NCBI GenBank assembly: GCA_013265495.1
Contig: MU058042.1
Span: 44,083-77,635, forward strand
Direction: 5' to 3'
Source: Vicugna vicugna
Lineage: Eukaryota
Length of the DNA stretch: 33,553 nt
The notes under the pieces are model-generated. The model worked only from the letters and a program-made list of their open reading frames with translations, ran no database searches and was not told the origin of the DNA. The translations under genes were made by a program, and so were the position numbers. Below, one piece after another: positions 23,032 to 33,553 of the stretch (its first letter is position 1; every line of letters starts with the position of its first letter).

Positions 23032-23060
23032 ACACACACACACACACACACTCACTCACA
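23032..23060. repeat. (CA)n microsatellite, imperfect at the 3' end
   Basis: acacacacacacacacacactcactcaca. Confidence 0.9.
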
Positions 23061-23931
23061 TACAAATATAATTAAGATTAAACATTGTTTTCTAAAACTT
23101 TAAAAACTCATATCATCTTTTCATAAACAGAAAGATTTCTTTTTCTTAGGAGTCTGGGACATTCCCACTGCGAATCACTGATATTTAGAATAAAATGTAT
23201 TTTCCAAGTCTCCTCACTGGCTGAGAATATTTCGTTGAGGTTTACCATCTGCAGTTTGAGTTAGGAAAACAGCTCCCCCATCCCGCCCCACCTCCAATAC
23301 TTTGCGGATGTGCTTCGAAAAGTACTTCTCACTACACACCTCCCTCCATCGTTGTGTTAAGAGCTACTGGTACATGGTGTTGCAAGCTGTCCGTTACTGA
23401 ACATTCTATCATTTTTACCAATAATGCCATCCTGTTCTTTAGACACATATTTTAATGGATGTGTTGCATTCCTTCAAGGAATGTATCATACTTTGTTTAC
23501 CACTGTGAATAGCAAAACAAAACCCACTGCCCATTAACTACTCATTCCTTGACCTAAAAATAACAGCAGGAGAACCCCAAGAAATATGAACCTGTATCAT
23601 TGGATTCGTGTGTTTAGGGCATCGCTGTCTGGGGGAAGCCCTGGCTCCTTCAGGAGCCCGGGGGCTTTGTCGCTGTCATGGCTGTGCCCAGGGCCTAGTA
23701 GGATGCCCGGCCCGCTGTGGGTGCTGAAGAAGTGTTTTGCTAAGTGAGTGAAATACAGAATCCTTCCTGTGGGAGGTGAGGCCCTGATTAAGCCCACTGA
23801 TGTCAAGGCCTCTGTTGAGAGTGAGTTCACGGGGGAGGGAGGAGAGTGGAGGGGTGGGGGAGAGCATCACCTCCTGGGAACCAGAGGGCGGGAGGGTGGC
23901 CTGGGATGGGAAGCAGCTTTTTGACTTAATA

Positions 23932-25045
23932 TTTTATTTTATTTTATTGAGTTACAGTCAGTTTACAATGTTGTGTCAATTTCCAGTGTAGAGCACAATT
24001 TTTCAGTCATACATGAACATACATATATTCATTGTCACATTCTTTTTCACTGTGAGCTGAGCNNNNNNNNNNNNNNNNNNNNNNNNNNNNNNNNNNNNNN
24101 NNNNNNNNNNNNNNNNNNNNNNNNNNNNNNNNNNNNNNNNNNNNNNNNNNNNNNNNNNNNNNNNNNNNNNNNNNNNNNNNNNNNNNNNNNNNNNNNNNNN
24201 NNNNNNNNNNNNNNNNNNNNNNNNNNNNNNNNNNNNNNNNNNNNNNNNNNNNNNNNNNNNNNNNNNNNNNNNNNNNNNNNNNNNNNNNNNNNNNNNNNNN
24301 NNNNNNNNNNNNNNNNNNNNNNNNNNNNNNNNNNNNNNNNNNNNNNNNNNNNNNNNNNNNNNNNNNNNNNNNNNNNNNNNNNNNNNNNNNNNNNNNNNNN
24401 NNNNNNNNNNNNNNNNNNNNNNNNNNNNNNNNNNNNNNNNNNNNNNNNNNNNNNNNNNNNNNNNNNNNNNNNNNNNNNNNNNNNNNNNNNNNNNNNNNNN
24501 NNNNNNNNNNNNNNNNNNNNNNNNNNNNNNNNNNNNNNNNNNNNNNNNNNNNNNNNNNNNNNNNNNNNNNNNNNNNNNNNNNNNNNNNNNNNNNNNNNNN
24601 NNNNNNNNNNNNNNNNNNNNNNNNNNNNNNNNNNNNNNNNNNNNNNNNNNNNNNNNNNNNNNNNNNNNNNNNNNNNNNNNNNNNNNNNNNNNNNNNNNNN
24701 NNNNNNNNNNNNNNNNNNNNNNNNNNNNNNNNNNNNNNNNNNNNNNNNNNNNNNNNNNNNNNNNNNNNNNNAGCGGGATTCCTGGGTCATATGGTAAGTC
24801 TATTCCTAATCTTTTGAGGAACCTCCATACTGTTTTCCACAGTGGCTGTACCAAACTGCATTCCCACCAGCAGTGTAGGAGGGTTCCCTTTTCTCCACAG
24901 CCTCTCCAGCATTTGTCAGTTGTGGACTTTTGAATGACGGCCATTCTGACTGGTGTGAGGTGATACCTCATGGTAGTTTTGATTTGCATTTCTCTGATAA
25001 TTAGTGATATTGAGCATTTTTTCATGTGCCAATTTACCATTTGTA
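23932..25045 (-). mobile_element. Relatively young 5'-truncated LINE-1 spanning assembly gap 24063-24771
   Basis: The minus-strand frame encodes the ORF2p C-terminal Cys-rich region ([30 protein letters not shown]...[18 protein letters not shown]) with no stop in the visible part. Perfect 12-bp TSD tttgacttaata (23920-23931 / 25046-25057). Confidence 0.93.
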
Positions 25046-25369
25046 TTTGACTTAATAGTTTTGATGGATTTTTGAAGGCAGTAAAGTTTAGGTGGAGCCT
25101 TGATATAAGGGGCTAGAGGCACTTAACTCTGTGAGACAGGAAGTCGAGGGCACCCAGGTAGGAGGCATGGGCCACGTGGAGCCTCAGGGTCAAGAGAAAG
25201 GGGACATGTCTGCCAGCCTGGCATGTGGGGTGCAGCCCAGCCAGGGAGTGGCTAGAGTTGGGGACCCTGCAGACTGGCAGCTCTTCAGGAGCCCAGAACC
25301 TACTCCTGGGGAAAGCTGGGTCCCTGGGGACCATGGGGCCCCCAACCCTGCCTTCAGGCAGGTGTTGTC

Positions 25370-25615
25370 CCCATACTGCAGAGGAGGAAACTGAGGCCTG
25401 GAGAAGTTAAGGGGTGGTGAGGAGTGTGGGTCTGGAGCTGCTCAGACCTGAATTCTGACTTGGCCACTTTCCAGTGGTTACCCTCGGCCCGGTCCTCACC
25501 CTCCCTAAGCTGTAGTTTGCTTATCCAGAAAGCAGTGATATCCAGCTTCACTGGGTGGTTGGGACAATGGGATGAGAAGATGCACACAGACCACTTGGCA
25601 CAGCTCCTGACAAAG
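25370..25615. mobile_element. Adjacent MIR remnants (minus strand about 25370-25410, plus strand about 25425-25615)
   Basis: cccatactgcagaggaggaaactgaggc, then tctggagctgctcagacctgaattctgacttggccactt ... cacttggcacagctcctgaca. Confidence 0.65.
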
Positions 25616-26114
25616 ATGAGGGCTCCCCACAGGGAAGCCACTATTAGCCATGTGTTTTGTGAATTTCTGTTTCTAACCTGAAGGGAGAGGAGAGAGAAGA
25701 CCAAGGATTCATGTCAAAGGTCGTTCACAACTTTCTTTCCTTCCACCTCCTCCTTCCCAAGCCACCACCTGACTTCAGGGGATGGAAATCCCACAAGGAA
25801 GATGAGCTCTGGGAAGCCAGTGCCCACGTGTAGGTGGAGTTAATGTCCCTTGAGGGGCGGCAGGATTCCTTTTCTTCCCTCCCTTCTGCAGAAGGGGAGA
25901 CACACGTCTGATGCTCACCCTGAGGCTTCGGAGCCTCAGTGTCGCTGTCGCTGTCGCTGTCAGGGGCACCATGTCTACTAAGGCATGCCTGGCACGGTTG
26001 GCCTTGAGAAGAGAGAATGGCTGCACAGAGGATGAGACTGGGGACAGGTCATTTTTCCTGATTGGGAGCTGAATGGATAAACGGCTTATGACCTGGAGCA
26101 GCACAGCCTAGCGG

Positions 26115-26207
26115 AGATACACTGTGAGTCATCCTGGTAATTAAAAATTTTCCAGCAGTCACATTTTTAAAAAGTAAAAAGAAATGGGTAAAGTGAATTT
26201 TAGTAAG
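26115..26207 (+). mobile_element. MER33-like hAT-Charlie fragment, cut by an assembly gap
   Basis: gtaattaaaaattttccagcagtcacatttttaaaaagtaaaaagaaatgggtaaagtgaatttta. Confidence 0.7.
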
Positions 26208-27659
26208 NNNNNNNNNNNNNNNNNNNNNNNNNNNNNNNNNNNNNNNNNNNNNNNNNNNNNNNNNNNNNNNNNNNNNNNNNNNNNNNNNNNNNNNNNNNNN
26301 NNNNNNNNNNNNNNNNNNNNNNNNNNNNNNNNNNNNNNNNNNNNNNNNNNNNNNNNNNNNNNNNNNNNNNNNNNNNNNNNNNNNNNNNNNNNNNNNNNNN
26401 NNNNNNNNNNNNNNNNNNNNNNNNNNNNNNNNNNNNNNNNNNNNNNNNNNNNNNNNNNNNNNNNNNNNNNNNNNNNNNNNNNNNNNNNNNNNNNNNNNNN
26501 NNNNNNNNNNNNNNNNNNNNNNNNNNNNNNNNNNNNNTTGTGTATTCGGGGAGCGGGTCCACTATAGGCCTGTTTCCTCATCTGCAAAAATGAGGTTGTG
26601 CCATGTAAGAACCCTTCTGGCTCTGGTGTTCACTAATCCCTGTGAGAAAGACACGGAAAGCAAACTTAGCCACTTCCTAAGTTTGAAGTGGGTAGAGGTG
26701 GGGCTTAGAGAGAAAGTTCTGGCAAAAGAGAGAACTGTGGGGCCCCACGTTTTAAAGCATCTCGTTAGAAAGTTCTGTCTGGACAGTTTAGAGAGACGTA
26801 TGTGTCTCTCTAAGTGTCTCCAAGGATGGACAATATCAGTCACTGCCGTTAAGCTGCATTTATTTAAAAGTATGTTTTGGGGGCGGTGGGGAGATATGTG
26901 TTAACTATTATTTTTAAAAAATGACATGTTTTCATTGTTTTTAAATCCTGAGGCTGCCTCTTGTTCCCGGTCATCCCAGATGGCTGTGAATGACAACCAT
27001 GAAAGAGGGGAGCGGCCCTGCAGGAAATATTAGAGCAAAAAAGGAAATATTTCAGCCCCGTCATAAATGGGCGCTTGGCCTGTCCAGAGAGGATGTGGGA
27101 AGAGAGAGGAAAAAAGCAGCAGGTGTGTTTGGAGGGAAGGGCGTGTCCGCAAATGTATTTTAAGCTCCTGAAGTCAGAGGCCCTGGTCTCATCACACTGG
27201 GGAGGAGGAATTTGAGGTTTTTATCTCCCTGCCACAGGCTTCTGTGGGGGGAAGGAAACGCTTTCTCCTTTTTAAGGAGTGTCTCTTCGTTTTAAATTAG
27301 GTTGTCACTAAGTAACTAGCTGCGTCTACCTGAGGATTCCCCATTCCCGCACAGGAAAGCGCTGCGTGCTGTAAAGAGCTGATCCAAACACTTGCAGTCA
27401 GCGATGAGGAAACTGAGGGTCAGAGAGGCCCCACCACTCTCTGAGGTCCCCCAGAAAGCCCCTGCCTGCGCCGACACGGCTGCCACGTGTCCTTTTGACC
27501 ACACAAGTTTGCCTCCTTGGTTTTTGTCTTTTCCACAGTTAACAGATGACTCAGCCAGGCTGCCTTGAACCATTTTTAAATGAGGACTTCTCTTTTATGT
27601 TTTCCTAAACTAGATTTTTTTTATTACTTTTCTATGCATTGTTTGCTTTGAATTTCTAA

Positions 27660-28085
27660 TTTAATTTTTTCTAATAGGTCAATACGTGGTTTAAAATTCC
27701 AAAGGTACAAAAGGGTTATTCAAAGTGAAATGTCTTTCTTTTACCCCATCTCCCTGTTCCCCTCTCCCTAGGCAACCGTGGCCGCTGGGATCTTCAGTTT
27801 AAATATGTTTTATGCACAGACTGGGAAATACGTAGATGTGTGTGTATGTGTACATTCATGTGCGTGCATACTTCTAAATTTTTTTTACCCACATGGAAGC
27901 ACATGATACACATTATTATTTCACTTTACATTTGCTACTGAACAGTAAGTCTTGACTGTAAAGAATGTCTTTGATCTTTTTGCTTGTTTGTTTTGAAGGC
28001 ATAAATTCCATTATATGGCTATACTTTGACTTATTTAGCCAGGCCCTCATGGATGCATATTTTGTTTGCTTCAAGTCTTTCGTTT
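27660..28085 (-). mobile_element. Ancient L1 (L1MC/L1ME-like) 3' remnant
   Basis: tggtttaaaattccaaaggtacaaaagg ... cctctccctaggcaacc ... ttccattatatggctatac ... ttatttagccaggccctcatggatgcatatt. Confidence 0.6.
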
Positions 28086-28416
28086 ATCCAATTTTCCTGT
28101 TTTTAACCCAATGATTTCTTTTTTATGAAAGCAATCTTGAGTTTTCTGAATACAGGCCAACTGATAGCATTCTAAGCTTGTTGATGTATTGTTCACGAGA
28201 TGCTTCAAAGAATAAAATTGCTTCCTTGTTTAAGGATGAAGAACAGAATAAGCGACCTTTGGCATTGAACTTCCTGGGAAACAAATCATGTGGTCGACAT
28301 TCACTGGTTAAGTCAATGTTTCCTGAGTTCCTACTGTGCGCTGTGCCCCGGGCCCGGGGCAGGCAGTGCATGGGGGTAAGGGTGAGGAAGCAAAGAAGAA
28401 GGAGGTTTGCAGGAGG

Positions 28417-31400
28417 GCCCTCCCGTTCTGGGCCTGGAGTCAGGGGCGAGGGGTGCCTTTGATGGGGGAAGACAACAGTTAAAGCAACGCTGGGGGCAGC
28501 CTTGATGAAGGAAAATAAAAGTCACAGAGGGAACGTTGGCCCTGTGACTGGGGGTGGGATGCGGGATGCCAGGCTGGGGTGCTGGGCTGATTGGCTGCAT
28601 ATGAGCAGCGAGGTTTCTGCCTGTAGGTCATGGCACAACGTCCTTGGTCCCTTTCATCTGCATTTCTTGGTCCCTGCCCATCTGCAGGGTCCTCTGAAGG
28701 GCAAGGTCTAGGACCCCGGCTCAGCCAGGCAGACTCTGTGTGTCCTTGGTGTGCTCCTGACCTTGAGGGGCTTTGAAACCCCTCTTTTTCCCAGGAAAAC
28801 AAAGTTGCCTTCAGTCTCGAAAGCAAGGCTCTCCCTCAGGCCAATTCCTTCTCAGCAAATGGGCGGCGATGGCAGAGCAGCCCCATGGACAGAGGGAACT
28901 GGGGTCAGCGGGGAGNNNNNNNNNNNNNNNNNNNNNNNNNNNNNNNNNNNNNNNNNNNNNNNNNNNNNNNNNNNNNNNNNNNNNNNNNNNNNNNNNNNNN
29001 NNNNNNNNNNNNNNNNNNNNNNNNNNNNNNNNNNNNNNNNNNNNNNNNNNNNNNNNNNNNNNNNNNNNNNNNNNNNNNNNNNNNNNNNNNNNNNNNNNNN
29101 NNNNNNNNNNNNNNNNNNNNNNNNNNNNNNNNNNNNNNNNNNNNNNNNNNNNNNNNNNNNNNNNNNNNNNNNNNNNNNNNNNNNNNNNNNNNNNNNNNNN
29201 NNNNNNNNNNNNNNNNNNNNNNNNNNNNNNNNNNNNNNNNNNNNNNNNNNNNNNNNNNNNNNNNNNNNNNNNNNNNNNNNNNNNNNNNNNNNNNNNNNNN
29301 NNNNNNNNNNNNNNNNNNNNNNNNNNNNNNNNNNNNNNNNNNNNNNNNNNNNNNNNNNNNNNNNNNNNNNNNNNNNNNNNNNNNNNNNNNNNNNNNNNNN
29401 NNNNNNNNNNNNNNNNNNNNNNNNNNNNNNNNNNNNNNNNNNNNNNNNNNNNNNNNNNNNNNNNNNNNNNNNNNNNNNNNNNNNNNNNNNNNNNNNNNNN
29501 NNNNNNNNNNNNNNNNNNNNNNNNNNNNNNNNNNNNNNNNNCCTCAGCAGAAAGGCATGTGTAAGGAACAGGTGGAAAAACATTTGGTTGAGGGGGTCAG
29601 GCTTGGAGGATTAATTGCAGTAAATCTTGACTCCTGGGTTCTTTACCCCTCTGTCCAGTTCACTTCTGATTTTTACCTGGTGTTATCTCAATTCTGGCAT
29701 ACGTCAGGTGATGCCATAATGTCGATTTTTGCATTAAACAATAGGCATTTAGGAAGAGATAATCCACTTTGATCCAAGTATTAAAAACCATGTATTTCTG
29801 TCCAGAACCAAACTGGGATGATTTTTATCCATTGAGCAATATCTCTTTCTTATAACACTTTGGGAAATTGTTTTTTTGGAGCCATGTTAGGCACTGTTGT
29901 AAAAATGCAACTACTAGCACAAAGGAATATCAGGTCACTGGAATCAGGTGTTAAGACACCCCAGAGATATGTGTTTATCCATGTTTTCAAATCCTATAGA
30001 TGGATGGTTCTATATGTCACTTCTGTGAGAACCACATGACTTGCTAATGATCTTGTGGCTCATGGTCAAGGATGAAAATTCCTCTTTCATTATACTCTCT
30101 CTATGTGCTGCGGGCCATGTAGTATATGTTGTTAGGGGTGGTGAATGGACAGGAAGAGAGGAAAGGATGTGAGGGCTAGTAAATCCTGTGTGGTGGTTAA
30201 GGACCACTTTCCAAGGCCCAAGTTTGCGTAAGTGTCCTCCAGTAGACTCCTTCTCCTTCTTTCCTTTTTAATGGAGGTAGTGGGGATTGAGCCCAGGACC
30301 TCCTGCATGCTAGGCTTGAGCTCTGCCACTGAGCTATACCCACCCCCCTTTCCAGTGGATTCTATCCATCTTTGTAATCCCAGGGTTTCTCTGTCTTAGT
30401 ACTAACTTACAAATAAGTACAAACCATTGGAACAAAAAAANNNNNNNNNNNNNNNNNNNNNNNNNNNNNNNNNNNNNNNNNNNNNNNNNNNNNNNNNNNN
30501 NNNNNNNNNNNNNNNNNNNNNNNNNNNNNNNNNNNNNNNNNNNNNNNNNNNNNNNNNNNNNNNNNNNNNNNNNNNNNNNNNGCCCTCCCGTTCTGGGCCT
30601 GGAGTCAGGGGCGAGGGGTGCCTTTGATGGGGGAAGACAACAGTTAAAGCAACGCTGGGGGCAGCCTTGATGAAGGAAAATAAAAGTCACAGAGGGAACG
30701 TTGGCCCTGTGACTGGGGGTGGGATGCGGGATGCCAGGCTGGGGTGCTGGGCTGATTGGCTGCATATGAGCAGCGAGGTTTCTGCCTGTAGGTCATGGCA
30801 CAACGTCCTTGGTCCCTTTCATCTGCATTTCTTGGTCCCTGCCCATCTGCAGGGTCCTCTGAAGGGCAAGGTCTGGGACCCCGGCTCAGCCAGGCAGACT
30901 CTGTGTGTCCTTGGTGTGCTCCTGACCTTGAGGGGCTTTGAAACCCCTCTTTTTCCCAGGAAAACAAAGTTGCCTTCAGTCTCGAAAGCAAGGCTCTCCC
31001 TCAGGCCAATTCCTTCTCAGCAAATGGGCGGCGATGGCAGAGCAGCCCCATGGACAGAGGGAACTGGGGTCAGCGGGGAGTATCAACCCCGCTGTGCTGA
31101 AGGAGGCACCCTCGACCCCCCTGAACTGGAGCTCCCTGGGCTGTCCCTGTGTGTATGCGGCTCCAAGTTCCCTTCCTGGATGGAGGGGCACCTGCTTCCC
31201 AGGAATCCTGGCCCTCGGCCTGGCAGCCTGCCCTCTTCGGGACTCAGAATGATTTCTGGTAGCATCCCACAGCCTGAGTGTGGACCTTTATCAGCAGGGC
31301 TGAAGGCAACGGACCGAAGTTGCTGAAGAGTTCCAGATTAGCCCTAGAAACTGCCCGTCACAAAGCAGTTTGGCTTGTGTGTGTTGAGGGGAAGAAGCTA

Positions 31401-32591
31401 GCATCCCGCCGAGAGCACGAGGCGCATCGGAGCTCCCCCTGTATCTTCAGCCTGGGCTGAGTTCCGCGGGGCTTCAGAAGAAGCCCAAGACGTTGTCTTG
31501 GCCTCAAGGATGCGAAAATCTGGCTGGGAAAATGATGATATGTATATAAGGCTAACACAAGCCTTACGCTGGAGAACTAAATGATACAGGATATCTTGTC
31601 AGAGCTGTAAAACTTCAAGGTAAAGAGAGGTGTGTGCCCAGATGGAGACTTGAGATGAACCTCAGAAAGGCAGCATGGGAGGAGGATGGGCACTGACATC
31701 AATTTAGCAACTGCTCCATAGCTGGCACCCGTGCGATATGCCCATCAGATCGCACAACCACTTTCAATTAGACGTTATTATTCCCATTTAACAGAGCTCA
31801 GGGTTTCAGAGCCCACATTCTGTCCACTGCACCTACACTGACAGTCAGATTCCTGGAGATTATCCAGGGAGGGAGGAACAGCCTGTGCAAAGGAACAGTG
31901 GTGGGACCACCGTGCCCCGAGTCACTCTCCGCCAAGAAGTCTCCCCTCAGCAGAAAGGCATGTGTAAGGAACAGGTGGAAAAACATTTGGTTGAGGGGGT
32001 CAGGCTTGGAGGATTAATTGCAGTAAATCTTGACTCCTGGGTTCTTTACCCCTCTGTCCAGTTCACTTCTGATTTTTACCTGGTGTTATCTCAATTCTGG
32101 CATACGTCAGGTGATGCCATAATGTCGATTTTTGCATTAAACAATAGGCATTTAGGAAGAGATAATCCACTTTGATCCAAGTATTAAAAACCATGTATTT
32201 CTGTCCAGAACCAAACTGGGATGATTTTTGTCCATTGAGCAATATTTCTTTCTTATAACACTTTGGGAAATTGTTTTTTTGGAGCCATTTTAGGCACTGT
32301 TGTAAAAATGCAACTACTAGCACAAAGGAATATCAGGTCACTGGAATCAGGTGTTAAGACACCCCAGAGATATGTGTTTATCCATGTTTTCAAATCCTAT
32401 AGATGGATGGTTCTATATGTCACTTCTGTGAGAACCACATGACTTGCTAATGATCTTGTGGCTCATGGTCAAGGATGAAAATTCCTCTTTCATTATACTC
32501 TCTCTATGTGCTGCGGGCCATGTAGTATATGTTGTTAGGAGTGGTGAATGGACAGGAAGAGAGGAAAGGATGTGAGGGCTAGTAAATCCTG
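28417..32591 (+). repeat. Near-identical direct duplication: 28417-28915 = 30582-31080 and 29542-30188 = 31945-32591
   Basis: Offsets are 2165 and 2403 bp. Five single-base differences seen over about 1150 aligned bases. Three block ends coincide with N-gap edges. Confidence 0.95.
30264..30348 (-). mobile_element. Vic-1-like tRNA-derived SINE (more diverged)
   Basis: The reverse strand reads ggggtgggtatagctcagtggcagagctcaagcctagcatgcaggaggtcctgggctcaatccccactacctccattaaaaa. Confidence 0.85.
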
Positions 32592-32668
32592 ATTCTTGCT
32601 TTTATTTCTTCTAGGAGAAAATTTTTGAAATGTATGTCAGATAATGTTTTGCCTATGTTTTCCTCTAG

Positions 32669-32705
32669 GACTGGTTATTATGTAGATCTTGAGTCCGGAT
32701 CTGAG
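32669..32705 (+). other. Candidate 37-nt internal exon
   Basis: Acceptor tgttttgcctatgttttcctctAG, exon gactggttattatgtagatcttgagtccggatctgag, donor GTAATC. Non-repeat context. Motif evidence only. Confidence 0.35.
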
Positions 32706-33553
32706 GTAATCTCACTACAAAAGGACACATCTTTGTACCAGGACTCTGCCCAGCCACTGGGTACCTGAGTGACCTAGTTCCTCTTCCTGCTTGCCTCATG
32801 GGTAAACTAACATTTTCACCACTGCAAATTGTTACATTCGCTGGGAAAGTAGCCATTTGCCAGAGTGGTAAAACATTTCAATAGAACATACACACACTTT
32901 CTCTCTCTTCCTCCTCCCTCCCTCTCCCTCTCTCCTTCTCTTCTTAAATGACATCATGGATGGAAAGCACCCAGCAGAGTGGCTGTCACAGAGCCCAGAA
33001 CTCAATAAATATTATTGATTACTACTAATATTATAATGATCACGTTCAAAAGGAAACTGTAACCCCCAGTTCCTTTGTGGTCATGCTTGAGAGTCAGAAA
33101 GCTCTCTTAGCCTGGTGACCCATTCTGTTGTTTTTTTATAGCAAAATTCCCTGTCAGGAGAATTTATGTGTGGTTTTAGAGGGGATAATCGACCAGTTAG
33201 TATGTGCGCACTGATTTTATACACATACGCGTCGCCGTTTACAGCACACATTATAACATCACATCTNNNNNNNNNNNNNNNNNNNNNNNNNNNNNNNNNN
33301 NNNNNNNNNNNNNNNNNNNNNNNNNNNNNNNNNNNNNNNNNNNNNNNNNNNNNNNNNNNNNNNNNNNNNNNNNNNNNNNNNNNNNNNNNNNNNNNNNNNN
33401 NNNNNNNNNNNNNNNNNNNNNNNNNNTTAATAGCTGGGAGTTAACGCTGCCTATTCCCTAGACTTCATCACCTTTCCAAAATATATCGCACACATGGTAC
33501 AATGTCCTATGGTCTTATTACCGATGATTAAAAAGAAGAGATTTGTTTTGTTA

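Larger units (their letters stand above)
2743..33426. other. Assembly gaps (N runs) at 2743-2760, 24063-24771, 26208-26537, 28916-29541, 30441-30581 and 33267-33426
   Basis: Visible N runs in the sequence. Confidence 1.

Noticed and set aside
23973..29772. Long ORFs containing X runs
   Set aside because: Artefacts of translating through N-gaps. Only the L1 ORF2 part at 24772-25040 is meaningful.
30667..31326. 219-aa ORF in the duplicated block
   Set aside because: No homology recognised. The other copy has a stop (TAG instead of TGG) in the same frame, and the context is intronic.
1..33553. CRISPR array, operon or other novel multi-gene system
   Set aside because: There is no repeat-spacer array and no gene-dense coding structure. 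The window is repeat-rich mammalian intergenic, promoter and intronic DNA.

Overview
This is mammalian nuclear DNA from a draft assembly with six N-gaps. It is most likely camelid, because it carries three tRNA-Ala-derived Vic-1-like SINEs. I recognise no host protein-coding exon. The only protein homologies in the ORF track are decayed LINE-1 ORF2 fragments. The main feature is a CpG island of about 2.8 kb (about 15.7-18.5 kb) that looks like the promoter of an unidentified + strand gene. It holds a probable non-coding first exon ending at a consensus donor (GAG|GTGAGT, 17346/17347), so downstream sequence is probably intron, with a few candidate small exons. The rest is interspersed repeat (MLT1 LTR, L1s of several ages, L2, MIR, MER3/MER20/MER33/MER45-like DNA transposons), and several insertions retain readable target-site duplications (TSDs). 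Structural oddities are a 50-66 bp inverted repeat inside an old L1, a 420-bp tandem duplication, a possible 5'-inverted L1, and a gap-flanked near-identical duplication of about 2 kb that is probably an assembly artefact. I found no evidence for a novel biological system. Repeat subfamily names come from recalled consensus sequences, not a search, and their boundaries are approximate unless a TSD is given.
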